Assembly (NCBI GenBank): GCA_002457275.1
Contig: NTKD01000003.1
Location: 14,289-38,288 of the forward strand
Length of the DNA: 24,000 bases
DNA from: OM182 bacterium MED-G24
GTDB taxonomy: Bacteria; Pseudomonadota; Gammaproteobacteria; Pseudomonadales; Azotimanducaceae
Direction: 5' to 3'
The notes beneath the pieces are model-generated. The model searched no databases and was not told the origin of the DNA. It saw nothing but the letters and a program-made list of their open reading frames with translations. Below, one piece after another: positions 1 through 8,186 of this stretch. Made by a program: the position numbers and the translations under genes. How positions within the stretch are numbered: the first letter of the stretch is position 1; each line of letters opens with the position of its first letter.

Positions 1-50
1 ACGCCGCCGTCAGTTAGAAGTCGAGAGGTCCTCGCCCCCAACAAATGGTT

Positions 51-127
51 TGGCGCGCCCGGCGCGATTCGAACGCGCGACCTTTGGCTTCGGAGGCCAA
101 CACTCTATCCAGCTGAGCTACGGGCGC
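51..127 (-). tRNA. tRNA-Arg (anticodon CCG)
   Basis: The reverse complement reads GCGCCCG-TA-GCTC-AGCTGGATA-GAGT-G-TTGGC-CTCCGAA-GCCAA-AGGTC-GCGCG-TTCGAAT-CGCGC-CGGGCGC-G-CCA. This is a complete cloverleaf: 7-bp acceptor stem, 5-bp anticodon stem, loop CTCCGAA (anticodon CCG), canonical T-loop and an encoded CCA. Confidence 0.93.
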
Positions 128-197
128 GAGACCTGGAACCAAGGAACGGCCAGTATACCTGACGCGCCAGGACCCCCTCTAGCACGATCCTGCGAAA

Positions 198-659
198 TCA
201 GCAGGCGTCCCCCAGGTTCTGTTCCTGTGGCTTAGGGGAATCGTCCCTTTGCTGCGTGGTCCGCGAAACCACCACCTGGTTGCCGTGTAGACACACCTGC
301 CATTCCAGGCACCATTTCCACGCACACTTTCCCTCACGAAATACCATCGCGTTCAATCCGGCACCTTCGGCATAGCTCCCAAACATGCGTCCCATACCGT
401 AGAGGAGATCGCTGGCCACAAGGATCGCGACGTGAGCACCGGAAGTCTGCTCCTGAATTCTGTCGACGATTTTTCGAATCTCCCCCGTGCTTCGATCCTA
501 CTCGGTCTGTTGAACGTCGAACAAAATCACCGGGTTTACCGGGTGCGTCGCGAGTTCAGTGAGTCCATGTTTCAGGACCTCAAGACCTAACCCGAAGTCG
601 ACATCTCGAATCGTGGTAATCACCGCGACTTCGCGATTGAGGTTGAAAGTGATTGGCAT
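198..659 (-). pseudogene. STAS/SpoIIAA-like domain protein interrupted by an in-frame TAG
   Basis: One minus-strand frame runs from ATG (657-659) to 198. It reads MPITFNLNREVAVITTIRDVDFGLGLEVLKHGLTELATHPVNPVILFDVQQTE*DRSTGEIRKIVDRIQEQTSGAHVAILVASDLLYGMGRMFGSYAEGAGLNAMVFREGKCAWKWC..., with a single TAG at 498-500. The overall pattern resembles small STAS-like proteins. The ORF track reports only the part downstream of the stop (198-419). Confidence 0.5.
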
Positions 660-951
660 TGATGACGCCGCCTTGCGTATCGAGGCGGGACTTCTTTATT
701 GAATGTCGCGCTCACCTTCGCCGAGTTTCCTACGAACACGACAGGTTCTCATGGTACTGGTCTCCTACACCTAAGATACTGCCACATTACGTTTTCTCTC
801 TCTCCGCGAGTCCGGCCTGACCAGCGGTATGTCGCCAACCTGGCGGAAAACAGTTCACCCGCACAGCGAGTGCTATCTCAGGTGCATGCGTAAACCCTTC
901 GGCCCTATCACTCGTCTCAGTTGGACGATCAATTTACAAGGGTGGCGACGC

Positions 952-1899
952 ATGATCCAAGGGATCACACTGCGTCAGGCTGGGTCAGGGGCATGCTGTG
1001 CGGTGCTCACGCTGACGGCATTCTCCATACTTCCTGCAATCGGGAAAGTCATCCTGGCATCAGATGACACACCATCAATCAGCAAGTTTCTGACGTTACG
1101 TAACCAGGCCGTCAATGACATACGCGCCGGTCGTGGTGCCGAAGCACTGCCCGCATACCTAAAACTGGTCGAGGAAAACCCCACTGGCGGTACGCTTTGG
1201 CTTGGACTTGCGCACAGTCACATCCAAACAGATCAAGCTACTGCCGCGATACCCGCACTAGAAAAATCACTCGAACTGGGGGTAGGAAAGGTTGCGGGTC
1301 CAGGATTCAGACAGAGAGTTCATGTAGGCTTCGCGAGAAGGCATGCACATCTCAACGACACAAACGAGATGTATGCCGCTTTGGATGATGCGCTTGCGTC
1401 ACGACTAACCGATCGGGCGCAACTCATCAGGGAACCCGACTTTGGCCGGTTCCTTGAAGATCCCCGATTCAAACAGCGAATGGGCCTGGCAGGTGCCGAT
1501 GTCTCTTGCCTCGTAGGTTGGAGACTCGATCTCGACGTTTATGAAGAGGAGGTCAATCGCATGTTTGCGCCCACGAGGAGGTAACCGGCGATACCGGTTC
1601 CGTTTAGCGAAAGTCTTCATCAACTCCGCCGCCAGATCAAGCGAATGTCTGATGCTGAAATCACCTTCGAATTGATGCGATTGACTGCTCTCCTGGACGT
1701 GGCAATCGAATCACTAACAATTGACCTCTATACTTTTGAAAACGGTGTCTTTGTTGTAGGAGCGGCTGAAGAGCACGGGGACCTTATTGGTGCACGACTG
1801 ATCGCGATAGGAGATTTGGATCCGGAAACCGTCATCGACAGGATCGAACCCTTTATTCCAAAGGACAATCCAATGGGGACCCGGTGTAACACTATCTAG
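952..1899 (+). pseudogene. TPR-repeat / peptidase-S41-like protein remnant (in-frame stops, catalytic half missing)
   Basis: The likely start is ATG 952, giving MIQGITLRQAGSGACCAVLTLTAFSILPAIG with a signal-like N-terminus. ORFs 829-1584 and 1645-1899 share one frame and are separated only by TAA 1582-1584. Read through, the sequence is ...WRLDLDVYEEEVNRMFAPTRR*PAIPVPFSESLHQLRRQIKRMSDAEITFELMRLTALL...GARLIAIGDLDPETVIDRIEPFI, which resembles the N-terminal and PDZ-like region of S41-type peptidases. The frame ends at TAG 1897-1899. The peptidase domain is absent because modA starts at 1938. Confidence 0.5.
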
Positions 1900-1937
1900 C
1901 CTTTTCAGTCGGATGCCGTCGCAATAGACTGCAGCAC

Positions 1938-2738
1938 ATGAAAATGCTCAGCATGTCTCTGCTTACCGTCTTCTTGTCCAGCAGTGCCTGTGCAGAAGTC
2001 GTCCGGGTTGCCGTCGCCTCCAACTTCAGGGGTCCGATGGTGGAGATCGCGAAAAGGTTTGAGTCGGAATCACCGCACGAGTTGGTCATCTCCTACGGTG
2101 CCTCCGGTAAGTTGTTTGCACAAATCGTCAACGGCGCACCGTTTGATGTTTTCCTATCGGCTGACAAAATCAAGCCGCAGCGTCTCATTGACCTGAATCT
2201 GGCAGAATCCAACAGCAGAATAACATATGCTTTCGGCCGTCTGGTTCTGTGGTCACCACTTTCGTCTGACCGCTCCTTCAGGGATATGCTGCGCGAAACG
2301 GATGGCCGGATTGCTATGGCGAATCCTCGTCTTGCACCTTACGGTCAGGCGGCACGTGAAACCCTGGCCACTCTTTCCCTGACCGAGCAAACCCGGGGTA
2401 GATGGGTTCTGGGAGAGAACATTGCACAGACTTTTCACTTTGTTCACAGCGGCAATGCCCAGATGGGTTTTGTGGCGAAGTCCCAACTCAAGGATGCAGA
2501 AGGTCTACGGGGTACCACCTGGGCAGTCGAACCGAATCTGCATTCACCAATTGCACAGGATGCTGTCGTGCTTGGACCGGCTGCCGAGTCGGTGGCCGCC
2601 CGTTCGTTCATCCAACTTCTTCATTCCGAACCGATTCTGGAACTCATCAGGCGCCATGGTTACGCTACTACGATACCCGAACCCGGAATGGGATCTGATC
2701 AATCACAGACACACCTTGAGGCACTGGACATTGAATAG
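1938..2738 (+). CDS. modA: molybdate ABC transporter substrate-binding protein
   Basis: 266 aa with signal peptide [19 protein letters not shown]. ModA-like blocks are present: [48 protein letters not shown] and QMGFVAKSQ. No modB or modC follows. Confidence 0.85.
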   Translation: MKMLSMSLLTVFLSSSACAEVVRVAVASNFRGPMVEIAKRFESESPHELVISYGASGKLFAQIVNGAPFDVFLSADKIKPQRLIDLNLAESNSRITYAFGRLVLWSPLSSDRSFRDMLRETDGRIAMANPRLAPYGQAARETLATLSLTEQTRGRWVLGENIAQTFHFVHSGNAQMGFVAKSQLKDAEGLRGTTWAVEPNLHSPIAQDAVVLGPAAESVAARSFIQLLHSEPILELIRRHGYATTIPEPGMGSDQSQTHLEALDIE

Positions 2739-3666
2739 GATTCTGGCAACCGGGGGCTCGGGTTTTCTCGTGTCTCATCTTTGCGATCGCCTCATTGAGC
2801 TTGGCGATGACGTGCTCTGTGTGGACAACCTCTTTACCGGTTCCAAGAACAACATCCGTCACCTTCCTCAGAATCCTAACTTCGAACTCATGCGCCATGA
2901 GGTCACCTTCCCTCTCTAGATAGAAGTGGATCAGATCTACAATCTCGCCGGTCCCGCATCTCCTGTTCACTACCAGCACAATCCTGTACAGACCACCAAG
3001 ACAAGTGTCCACGGCGCGATCAATGTCCTTGGCCCTGCCAAGCGAGTCGGTGAGACGATATTTCAGGCGTCGACGTCAGAAGTCTATGGCGACCCGAAGA
3101 TTCATCCACAAACAGAAGACTACTGGGGACATGTGAACCCGATCGGCGTACGCGCTTGTTATGACGAAGGCAAGCGCTGTACCGAGACATTGTTTTTTGA
3201 CTACCATCGCCAACATGGCCTCAATATCAAAGCCGCAAGAATCTTCAATACCTAAGGACCCCGGAGGCATCCGAACGACGGAAGGATTGTCAGCAACTTC
3301 ATCATGCAAGCGCTCCGCAACGAGGACATTACGATATACGGCGACGGCACACAGACACGTAGTTTCTGCTTTGTAGATGATCTGATCGATGCATTCCTGG
3401 CAATGATGGGTCCGCCCGCTGACGTCACTGGCCCCATCAACATCGGAAATCCGGGCGAGTTCACCATGCTTGAACTCGCAGAAGCGATCCTACGGCTGAC
3501 AGGTTCGCGCAGCGGGATTCAGTTCTCACCACTCCCGCAAGACGACCCAGAACGACGTCAATCTGATATCACGATCGCAAGAACAAGCCTAGGCTGGGAA
3601 CCCAGGATTGACTTCGACGAGGGTCTAGCCGCAACCAATAGTTACTTTCGTCATCAAGTGTCGTGA
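2731..3666 (+). pseudogene. UDP-glucuronate decarboxylase (UXS-type SDR epimerase/dehydratase) with two in-frame stops
   Basis: Track ORFs 2422-2919, 2926-3255 and 3304-3666 lie in one frame. Read through from TTG 2731: [44 protein letters not shown]...[40 protein letters not shown]...TSEVYGDP...[51 protein letters not shown]...[16 protein letters not shown]. The stops are TAG 2917-2919 and TAA 3253-3255. Confidence 0.85.
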
Positions 3667-3684
3667 CACCCGAGGGAACGCCTC

Positions 3685-4047
3685 TCACGCACGTTCAAGC
3701 AGCACGCGGAACTCCTCAAACCCGGGAGCGACGACGGTGATGATCGCTGTCGTAGTAACCATGACTACATCCATCATGCCCATCCTGATGGCAAACGCAG
3801 TACCTGCACCGTCAGTACCAAATACAAAGAAGCCATCAAGCGCAATTGCAGATGAAAGGCCCCCATCGAGTTCGTCGGTGCTATAGATATGAATCAGTCC
3901 CTGTCCCAACGCAACCGGGCCACGGGTGCCATTGGTTTCACGCAGCAGCTGCAGGTAGGCATCAGGCAGCTCAAAATCTGCGGATACCGCCAACCGGCGG
4001 ATCGCGGACTCATCTGCAGGTGGATTGTCCTCCCAGACTGACGACAT
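3685..4047 (-). CDS. SMI1/KNR4 (SUKH-1) family protein
   Basis: Start at ATG 4045-4047, preceded by GAGGAG. The sequence MSSVWEDNPPADESAIRRLAVSADFELPDAYLQLLRETNGTRGP...FFVFGTDGAGTAFAI matches the SUKH-1 pattern (LPxxY..fL...NG ... fg.dg.G). The longer track ORF running to 4155 is an unsupported 5' extension. Confidence 0.7.
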   Translation of the reverse strand: MSSVWEDNPPADESAIRRLAVSADFELPDAYLQLLRETNGTRGPVALGQGLIHIYSTDELDGGLSSAIALDGFFVFGTDGAGTAFAIRMGMMDVVMVTTTAIITVVAPGFEEFRVLLERA

Positions 4048-4113
4048 ATTGGCTCCTCGTTCAATGTTCCTGGAGTATAAACGAAGAAGTGCGACCTGCC
4101 GTCGTACCACCGC

Positions 4114-4119
4114 TATAAT
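4114..4119 (+). promoter_or_regulatory. candidate -10 box (TATAAT) upstream of the 4154 ORF
   Basis: A perfect TATAAT lies 35 nt upstream of ATG 4154 in the divergent intergenic region. The -35 region (TGCGAC/GCGACC around 4090-4096) is poor. Confidence 0.3.
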
Positions 4120-4153
4120 GCACCAGTACCAACAAAGGACTTGAGGGCGCGCC

Positions 4154-4369
4154 ATGTGGAGAATGACGCTAAAGCAACGACGTCGCCATAGCGAATTAAT
4201 GGTTCAATTCGAAAAGCTGAAGAAAGATCCCTATCTAGAGCCACCCGGAGATTACGAAGTAGGGGCAGATCCGGAAGAGGATAAAAAGTACGAGACAGCC
4301 ATCAGCGCAATGAACGCCCTCCTCGAAGAGATCCATCAACTGGAAGAAACCGCACGCGAAGGTACCTGA
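4154..4369 (+). CDS. small hypothetical protein (71 aa, charged/helical)
   Basis: ATG is preceded by GAGGG at about -11. The ORF ends 20 nt before the DUF3604 gene. I recognise no family. Confidence 0.4.
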   Translation: MWRMTLKQRRRHSELMVQFEKLKKDPYLEPPGDYEVGADPEEDKKYETAISAMNALLEEIHQLEETAREGT

Positions 4370-4388
4370 GCAAACCAGAGTCAGCCGT

Positions 4389-6188
4389 ATGACACGATAT
4401 GTACTGATCGTACTTTACGTTCTGATGCCGACGGCATCCGTTCAAGCCGCGCCAACACAGGTGTACTTTGGCGATCTTCACCTTCACACCCGGTATTCGA
4501 ACGACGCGTTCGCGTTCTTTGGCACTTCGCGTACCCCTGACGATGCGTACCGCTATGCGCGAGGAGGTTCCATCACCACCAACGACGGCCGCACCATCAA
4601 GGTCTTCGCACCCCTGGACTTCATGGCGGTCACCGAGCACATGCGTTACCCGGGTGCCCTCTGGCATGTCGCACAGCCGGACAGTCCCTACCACGATTCG
4701 GACATCGGCAAGATGATCACGTCGGCAGACCCACGCGCTCGATTCGGCGCATTCCTGGAGGTTCTGAAACCCGCTAGGGCAACACATGAGACCCCGATAG
4801 AGGGGCTCGATGTCCCGGAACGATCGGAAAGTACCTGGCAACTCCTGGTCAAGGCCGCAGACGATCACTACAAGCCCGGACGTTTCACCACGTTCGCTGC
4901 CTACGAATGGACCGCGGAAGTACAGCGGTTACCCAATCGACCCGTGGGGAATATGCATCGGGTCGTCATCTTCGAAGATACTGTCGACCTGCCGTATCCC
5001 TTTTCAAGTATCGATTCCACCCATCCGGAACGGCTCTGGGACTACCTGGAATTTCACCGTGCGCGAGGCGTTGATGCCATTGCAATCCCACACAACACGA
5101 ACATAAGTGATGGCCTTATGTTTGCACCCCAGGATTCGTGGGGCAAACCGATCACCGAGCACTATGCAGCACGTCGAACCTGGAATGAGCCCCTGGTTGA
5201 GGTCACCCAGCAGAAGGGAACCTCCGAGACACATCCCGTGCTTTCACCGAACGATAACTTTGCCGGCTTCGAGTTGCGCCGTGCCCTGTTCGGCTCGCAG
5301 GAGGAAGGACGCCTGGTAGGCAGCTATGTGCGCGACGCCTACAAACGAGGGCTTGAGTTCGAAGCATGGGGTTTCTTCAACCCTTTCCAGTTTGGCCTCA
5401 TCGGCGCCACAGACTATCACCGCGCACTGACCGGGCCAGGGGAAAACCGGGTCAGCCATGACCCCGAACCTGCAGCCGCACGCGCCATCCGCCCTGGCAG
5501 TAGCATGGGCGGCAGCGCGGGTGGTCTGACAGCGATCTGGGCGACAGGAAACAACCGCAATGCGCTGTTTGATGCCATGCGACGTCGAGAGACCTACGCC
5601 ACCACCGGACCCCGAATATCGGTTCGCCTGTTCGCTGGCTGGAATTACGATGAGGAAATTCTCACTCGAAAAAACTGGATACAGGAAGCGTATGACCATG
5701 GCGTCACGATGGGTAGTTCCCTCACCAGGGATCGACAGACCGGATCGGACGCAGCACCTGTTCTGTTGATCACCGCTGTGATGGACCCGAACAGTGGATC
5801 ACTGGATCGAATCCAGGTGATCAAGGGAACCATTGAGAACGGACGCAGTGTAGAACGGATCTACAATGTCGCACTGTCCGCGGGACGCCAGGTCAGAGCA
5901 GAAGGTGCCGTTAATCCTGTGGGCAATTCTGTGAACCCTGAAACCGGAACCTGGGACAACAGCATCGGTGCAGCCACGCTATCGGTTCGGTGGCAGGATC
6001 CGGATTTCGACCTCGAGCACCCCGCCTTCTACTACGCCAGGGTCCTTGAAATTCCGACACCGCGGTGGCAGGTCTACGATGCGATTGCCGTCGGCAAGGC
6101 CATCCCCGAGGGAGTACCGGCCACAATCCAGGAACGGGCGTTCACATCACCCATCTGGTACGAAGTCGAAAGACCAAGACATCCCTGA
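4389..6188 (+). CDS. DUF3604 domain-containing protein (secreted, PHP-like metal site)
   Basis: 599 aa with signal peptide MTRYVLIVLYVLMPTASVQAAP. This is followed by the family-typical YFGDLHLHTRYSNDAF and the later AYEWT and IPHNTN blocks. Confidence 0.85.
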   Translation: MTRYVLIVLYVLMPTASVQAAPTQVYFGDLHLHTRYSNDAFAFFGTSRTPDDAYRYARGGSITTNDGRTIKVFAPLDFMAVTEHMRYPGALWHVAQPDSPYHDSDIGKMITSADPRARFGAFLEVLKPARATHETPIEGLDVPERSESTWQLLVKAADDHYKPGRFTTFAAYEWTAEVQRLPNRPVGNMHRVVIFEDTVDLPYPFSSIDSTHPERLWDYLEFHRARGVDAIAIPHNTNISDGLMFAPQDSWGKPITEHYAARRTWNEPLVEVTQQKGTSETHPVLSPNDNFAGFELRRALFGSQEEGRLVGSYVRDAYKRGLEFEAWGFFNPFQFGLIGATDYHRALTGPGENRVSHDPEPAAARAIRPGSSMGGSAGGLTAIWATGNNRNALFDAMRRRETYATTGPRISVRLFAGWNYDEEILTRKNWIQEAYDHGVTMGSSLTRDRQTGSDAAPVLLITAVMDPNSGSLDRIQVIKGTIENGRSVERIYNVALSAGRQVRAEGAVNPVGNSVNPETGTWDNSIGAATLSVRWQDPDFDLEHPAFYYARVLEIPTPRWQVYDAIAVGKAIPEGVPATIQERAFTSPIWYEVERPRHP

Positions 6189-6210
6189 GCACAACCATGT
6201 CGCTGTCATC

Positions 6211-7032
6211 TTGAAAGAACCCCTATATCATTTCCTGTTTGCCGGACTGCTGGTATTTCTGGTCTTCTGGCTGTCCACAGACAGTCAGAACGATATTGTG
6301 ATCAGCCAGGCGGAAGTTCAGCGCATGAGTACGATGTGGGAATCCCAATGGCGTCGACCGCCATCAAAGGATGAACTGCAGCGTATCATCGACCTTCGCA
6401 TCCGAGAGGAAGTGCTTGCAAGGGAGGCGATTACCCGGGGCCTGATTGAGAACGATTCTGTGGTGCGACGACGGCTGGCACAGAAGATTGAGAACTTCGA
6501 AAGTGATGTCGCATCCATGGCGGAGCCCTCGGATGAGACCCTCATCCCATATTTCGAGTCAAATCTGGATCGGTATGAGATACCCGCCGTTGTCATGTTC
6601 CGGCATCACTATTTCTCAAGTGATCGTCGCGGAGCAGCAGCGCTCGCAGATGCAGAACGTGAGATCAGTACACTCATCGCGATCCCCACGGATCAGCGGG
6701 AACTCATGGGTGACACGTTCCATGAAGGCCACGACTTCGAAGCATCGCTACCACGACTCGCACGGGTCTTTGGCGATGACTTCGCGCTGGCATTGGAGGA
6801 CAGTATCACCACGGCCTCAATCGGTACCGTCGTCGGTCCGATACCGTCACCTTACGGTGCTCACATCGTTGAGCTTCAGCACTATGTTCCAAAACACCTT
6901 CCTGCCCTCACGAGCATCAGGGATCAGGTACTAACCGATTGGCGCCTGTCTCAGGTCGAAAACACCAAGGATCGCTTCTATACCAGTATTCGAGACAAAT
7001 ACCGGGTTACGGTGGCCGGCCCATCCGACTAG
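6211..7032 (+). CDS. parvulin-type peptidyl-prolyl isomerase-like protein, N-terminal membrane anchor
   Basis: The sequence has LKEPLYHFLFAGLLVFLVFWL (TM helix) and GPIPSPYGAHIVEL (parvulin-like S.(F/Y)G.H motif). The start is uncertain. TTG 6211 is the first plausible in-frame start after the DUF3604 stop. ATG 6197 is out of frame (MSLSS*), so a 5' frameshift is possible. Confidence 0.65.
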   Translation: MKEPLYHFLFAGLLVFLVFWLSTDSQNDIVISQAEVQRMSTMWESQWRRPPSKDELQRIIDLRIREEVLAREAITRGLIENDSVVRRRLAQKIENFESDVASMAEPSDETLIPYFESNLDRYEIPAVVMFRHHYFSSDRRGAAALADAEREISTLIAIPTDQRELMGDTFHEGHDFEASLPRLARVFGDDFALALEDSITTASIGTVVGPIPSPYGAHIVELQHYVPKHLPALTSIRDQVLTDWRLSQVENTKDRFYTSIRDKYRVTVAGPSD

Positions 7033-7135
7033 CATCACCCATCTTCTAACCGTCATAGGCAGGGAAACACTTCACCTGTCCGGGCAGACACGATAACGTA
7101 ATCGATCAGGCACAAACTTATGGGAACTGTTGGTC

Positions 7136-8161
7136 ATGGCATTACGTTGGGGACTCCTTGCCGCAGGCGCTATTGCTCGCGCATTTGCCGCCGGTCTGCA
7201 ACAGACTGATTCTGGCCATGTTGTTGCCGTCGCGGCACGCAACGGTGACGATGCAGAACAGTTCGCGAAGGCGTTCGATATACCGCAACACCATGCGGGA
7301 TACGACGCACTCATCGCAGACCCGGACGTTGACGCCATCTATCTGTCCACACCCCACAACCATCACGCTGACTGGGCAATCAAGGCCGCCAGTGCGGGAA
7401 AACACATTCTCTGCGAGAAACCGGTGACCGTGAATCTCACCAACGCCGAGGCGGTTATCAACGCAGCGAAAACGAACACCATCACGTTCATGGAGGCGTT
7501 CATGTATCGTGCCCATCCACAGATGGCCATGCTGCGCGATATCATCACCTCCGGCGAAATCGGAGAGGTTCGGTTTATCGACGCCAAACATGGCTTTAAC
7601 GCAGGTCCCAACTTCAATCTCAGGGTCACCGACAAGACGCTTGCAGGCGGGGGCATCCTGGACGTGGGTTGTTATCCCATGTCCCTTTCCAGACTGGTTG
7701 CGGGAATGGCAAACAACCAGAGCTTCGCAAACCCAGTTGACGTTAAAGGTGTCGCGCAGATTGTTCCGGATCGTGGCATCGATGAGTGGGCCGCTGCCTC
7801 GCTGATGTTTGAAGGCGGCCTTGCCGCTCAGATATCGACCGCCGTCCAGGTCGCTTTGCGGAATCAGGCAACGGTTTTCGGCTCCAGGGGATCCATCACA
7901 GTTCATTCTCCATGGGGTGGTAATGGTCGACAGGCCGGAGACACAAAACTGTCAATTTTTCGATCGGGCCAGTCGACGGAGGAAAAACTGATACCCCTCG
8001 ACCGTGGTATCTATGCACTGGAGGCAGACGTGTTTGCCGAAGCGGTGACTCGCGGCAGTCGCGAAGTTGACGCAATGACCTGGGATGACACACCGGGCAA
8101 TATGGCTGCATTGGACAGGTGGCGTAAAGACGTGGGCCTTGCCTACGATTTCGAAACGTAA
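7136..8161 (+). CDS. Gfo/Idh/MocA family oxidoreductase
   Basis: MALRWGLLAAGAIARAFAAGL is a Rossmann N-terminus. The ILCEKP motif is present. Length is about 341 aa. Confidence 0.85.
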   Translation: MALRWGLLAAGAIARAFAAGLQQTDSGHVVAVAARNGDDAEQFAKAFDIPQHHAGYDALIADPDVDAIYLSTPHNHHADWAIKAASAGKHILCEKPVTVNLTNAEAVINAAKTNTITFMEAFMYRAHPQMAMLRDIITSGEIGEVRFIDAKHGFNAGPNFNLRVTDKTLAGGGILDVGCYPMSLSRLVAGMANNQSFANPVDVKGVAQIVPDRGIDEWAAASLMFEGGLAAQISTAVQVALRNQATVFGSRGSITVHSPWGGNGRQAGDTKLSIFRSGQSTEEKLIPLDRGIYALEADVFAEAVTRGSREVDAMTWDDTPGNMAALDRWRKDVGLAYDFET

Positions 8162-8186
8162 ATCTCCCGGGGCTACCAGGGATAAC

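Noticed and set aside
1-660. tRNA-Arg as the attachment site of a genomic island explaining the degraded genes
   Set aside because: There is no integrase or recombinase, and I saw no direct repeat of the tRNA 3' end inside the window. The tRNA 3' end faces position 1, so any canonical integration would lie outside the window.
5968-6210. 5' extensions of track ORFs: 5968-6210, 2422-2730, 15698-15778, 21441-21539, 4048-4155, 829-951 and 23369-23515
   Set aside because: The extensions overlap upstream genes or intergenic DNA, show no family similarity, and internal starts with ribosome-binding sites and family-typical N-termini are available.
7142-7906. Long antisense ORFs: 7142-7906 (254 aa), 4302-4868, 5244-5699, 9231-9776, 11193-11633, 19750-20373 and 23522-23977
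   Set aside because: Each lies entirely opposite a gene with strong family motifs. Each has an Arg/Ser/Pro/Cys-rich, low-complexity composition typical of shadow frames in GC-rich DNA, and none has a recognisable motif or ribosome-binding site.
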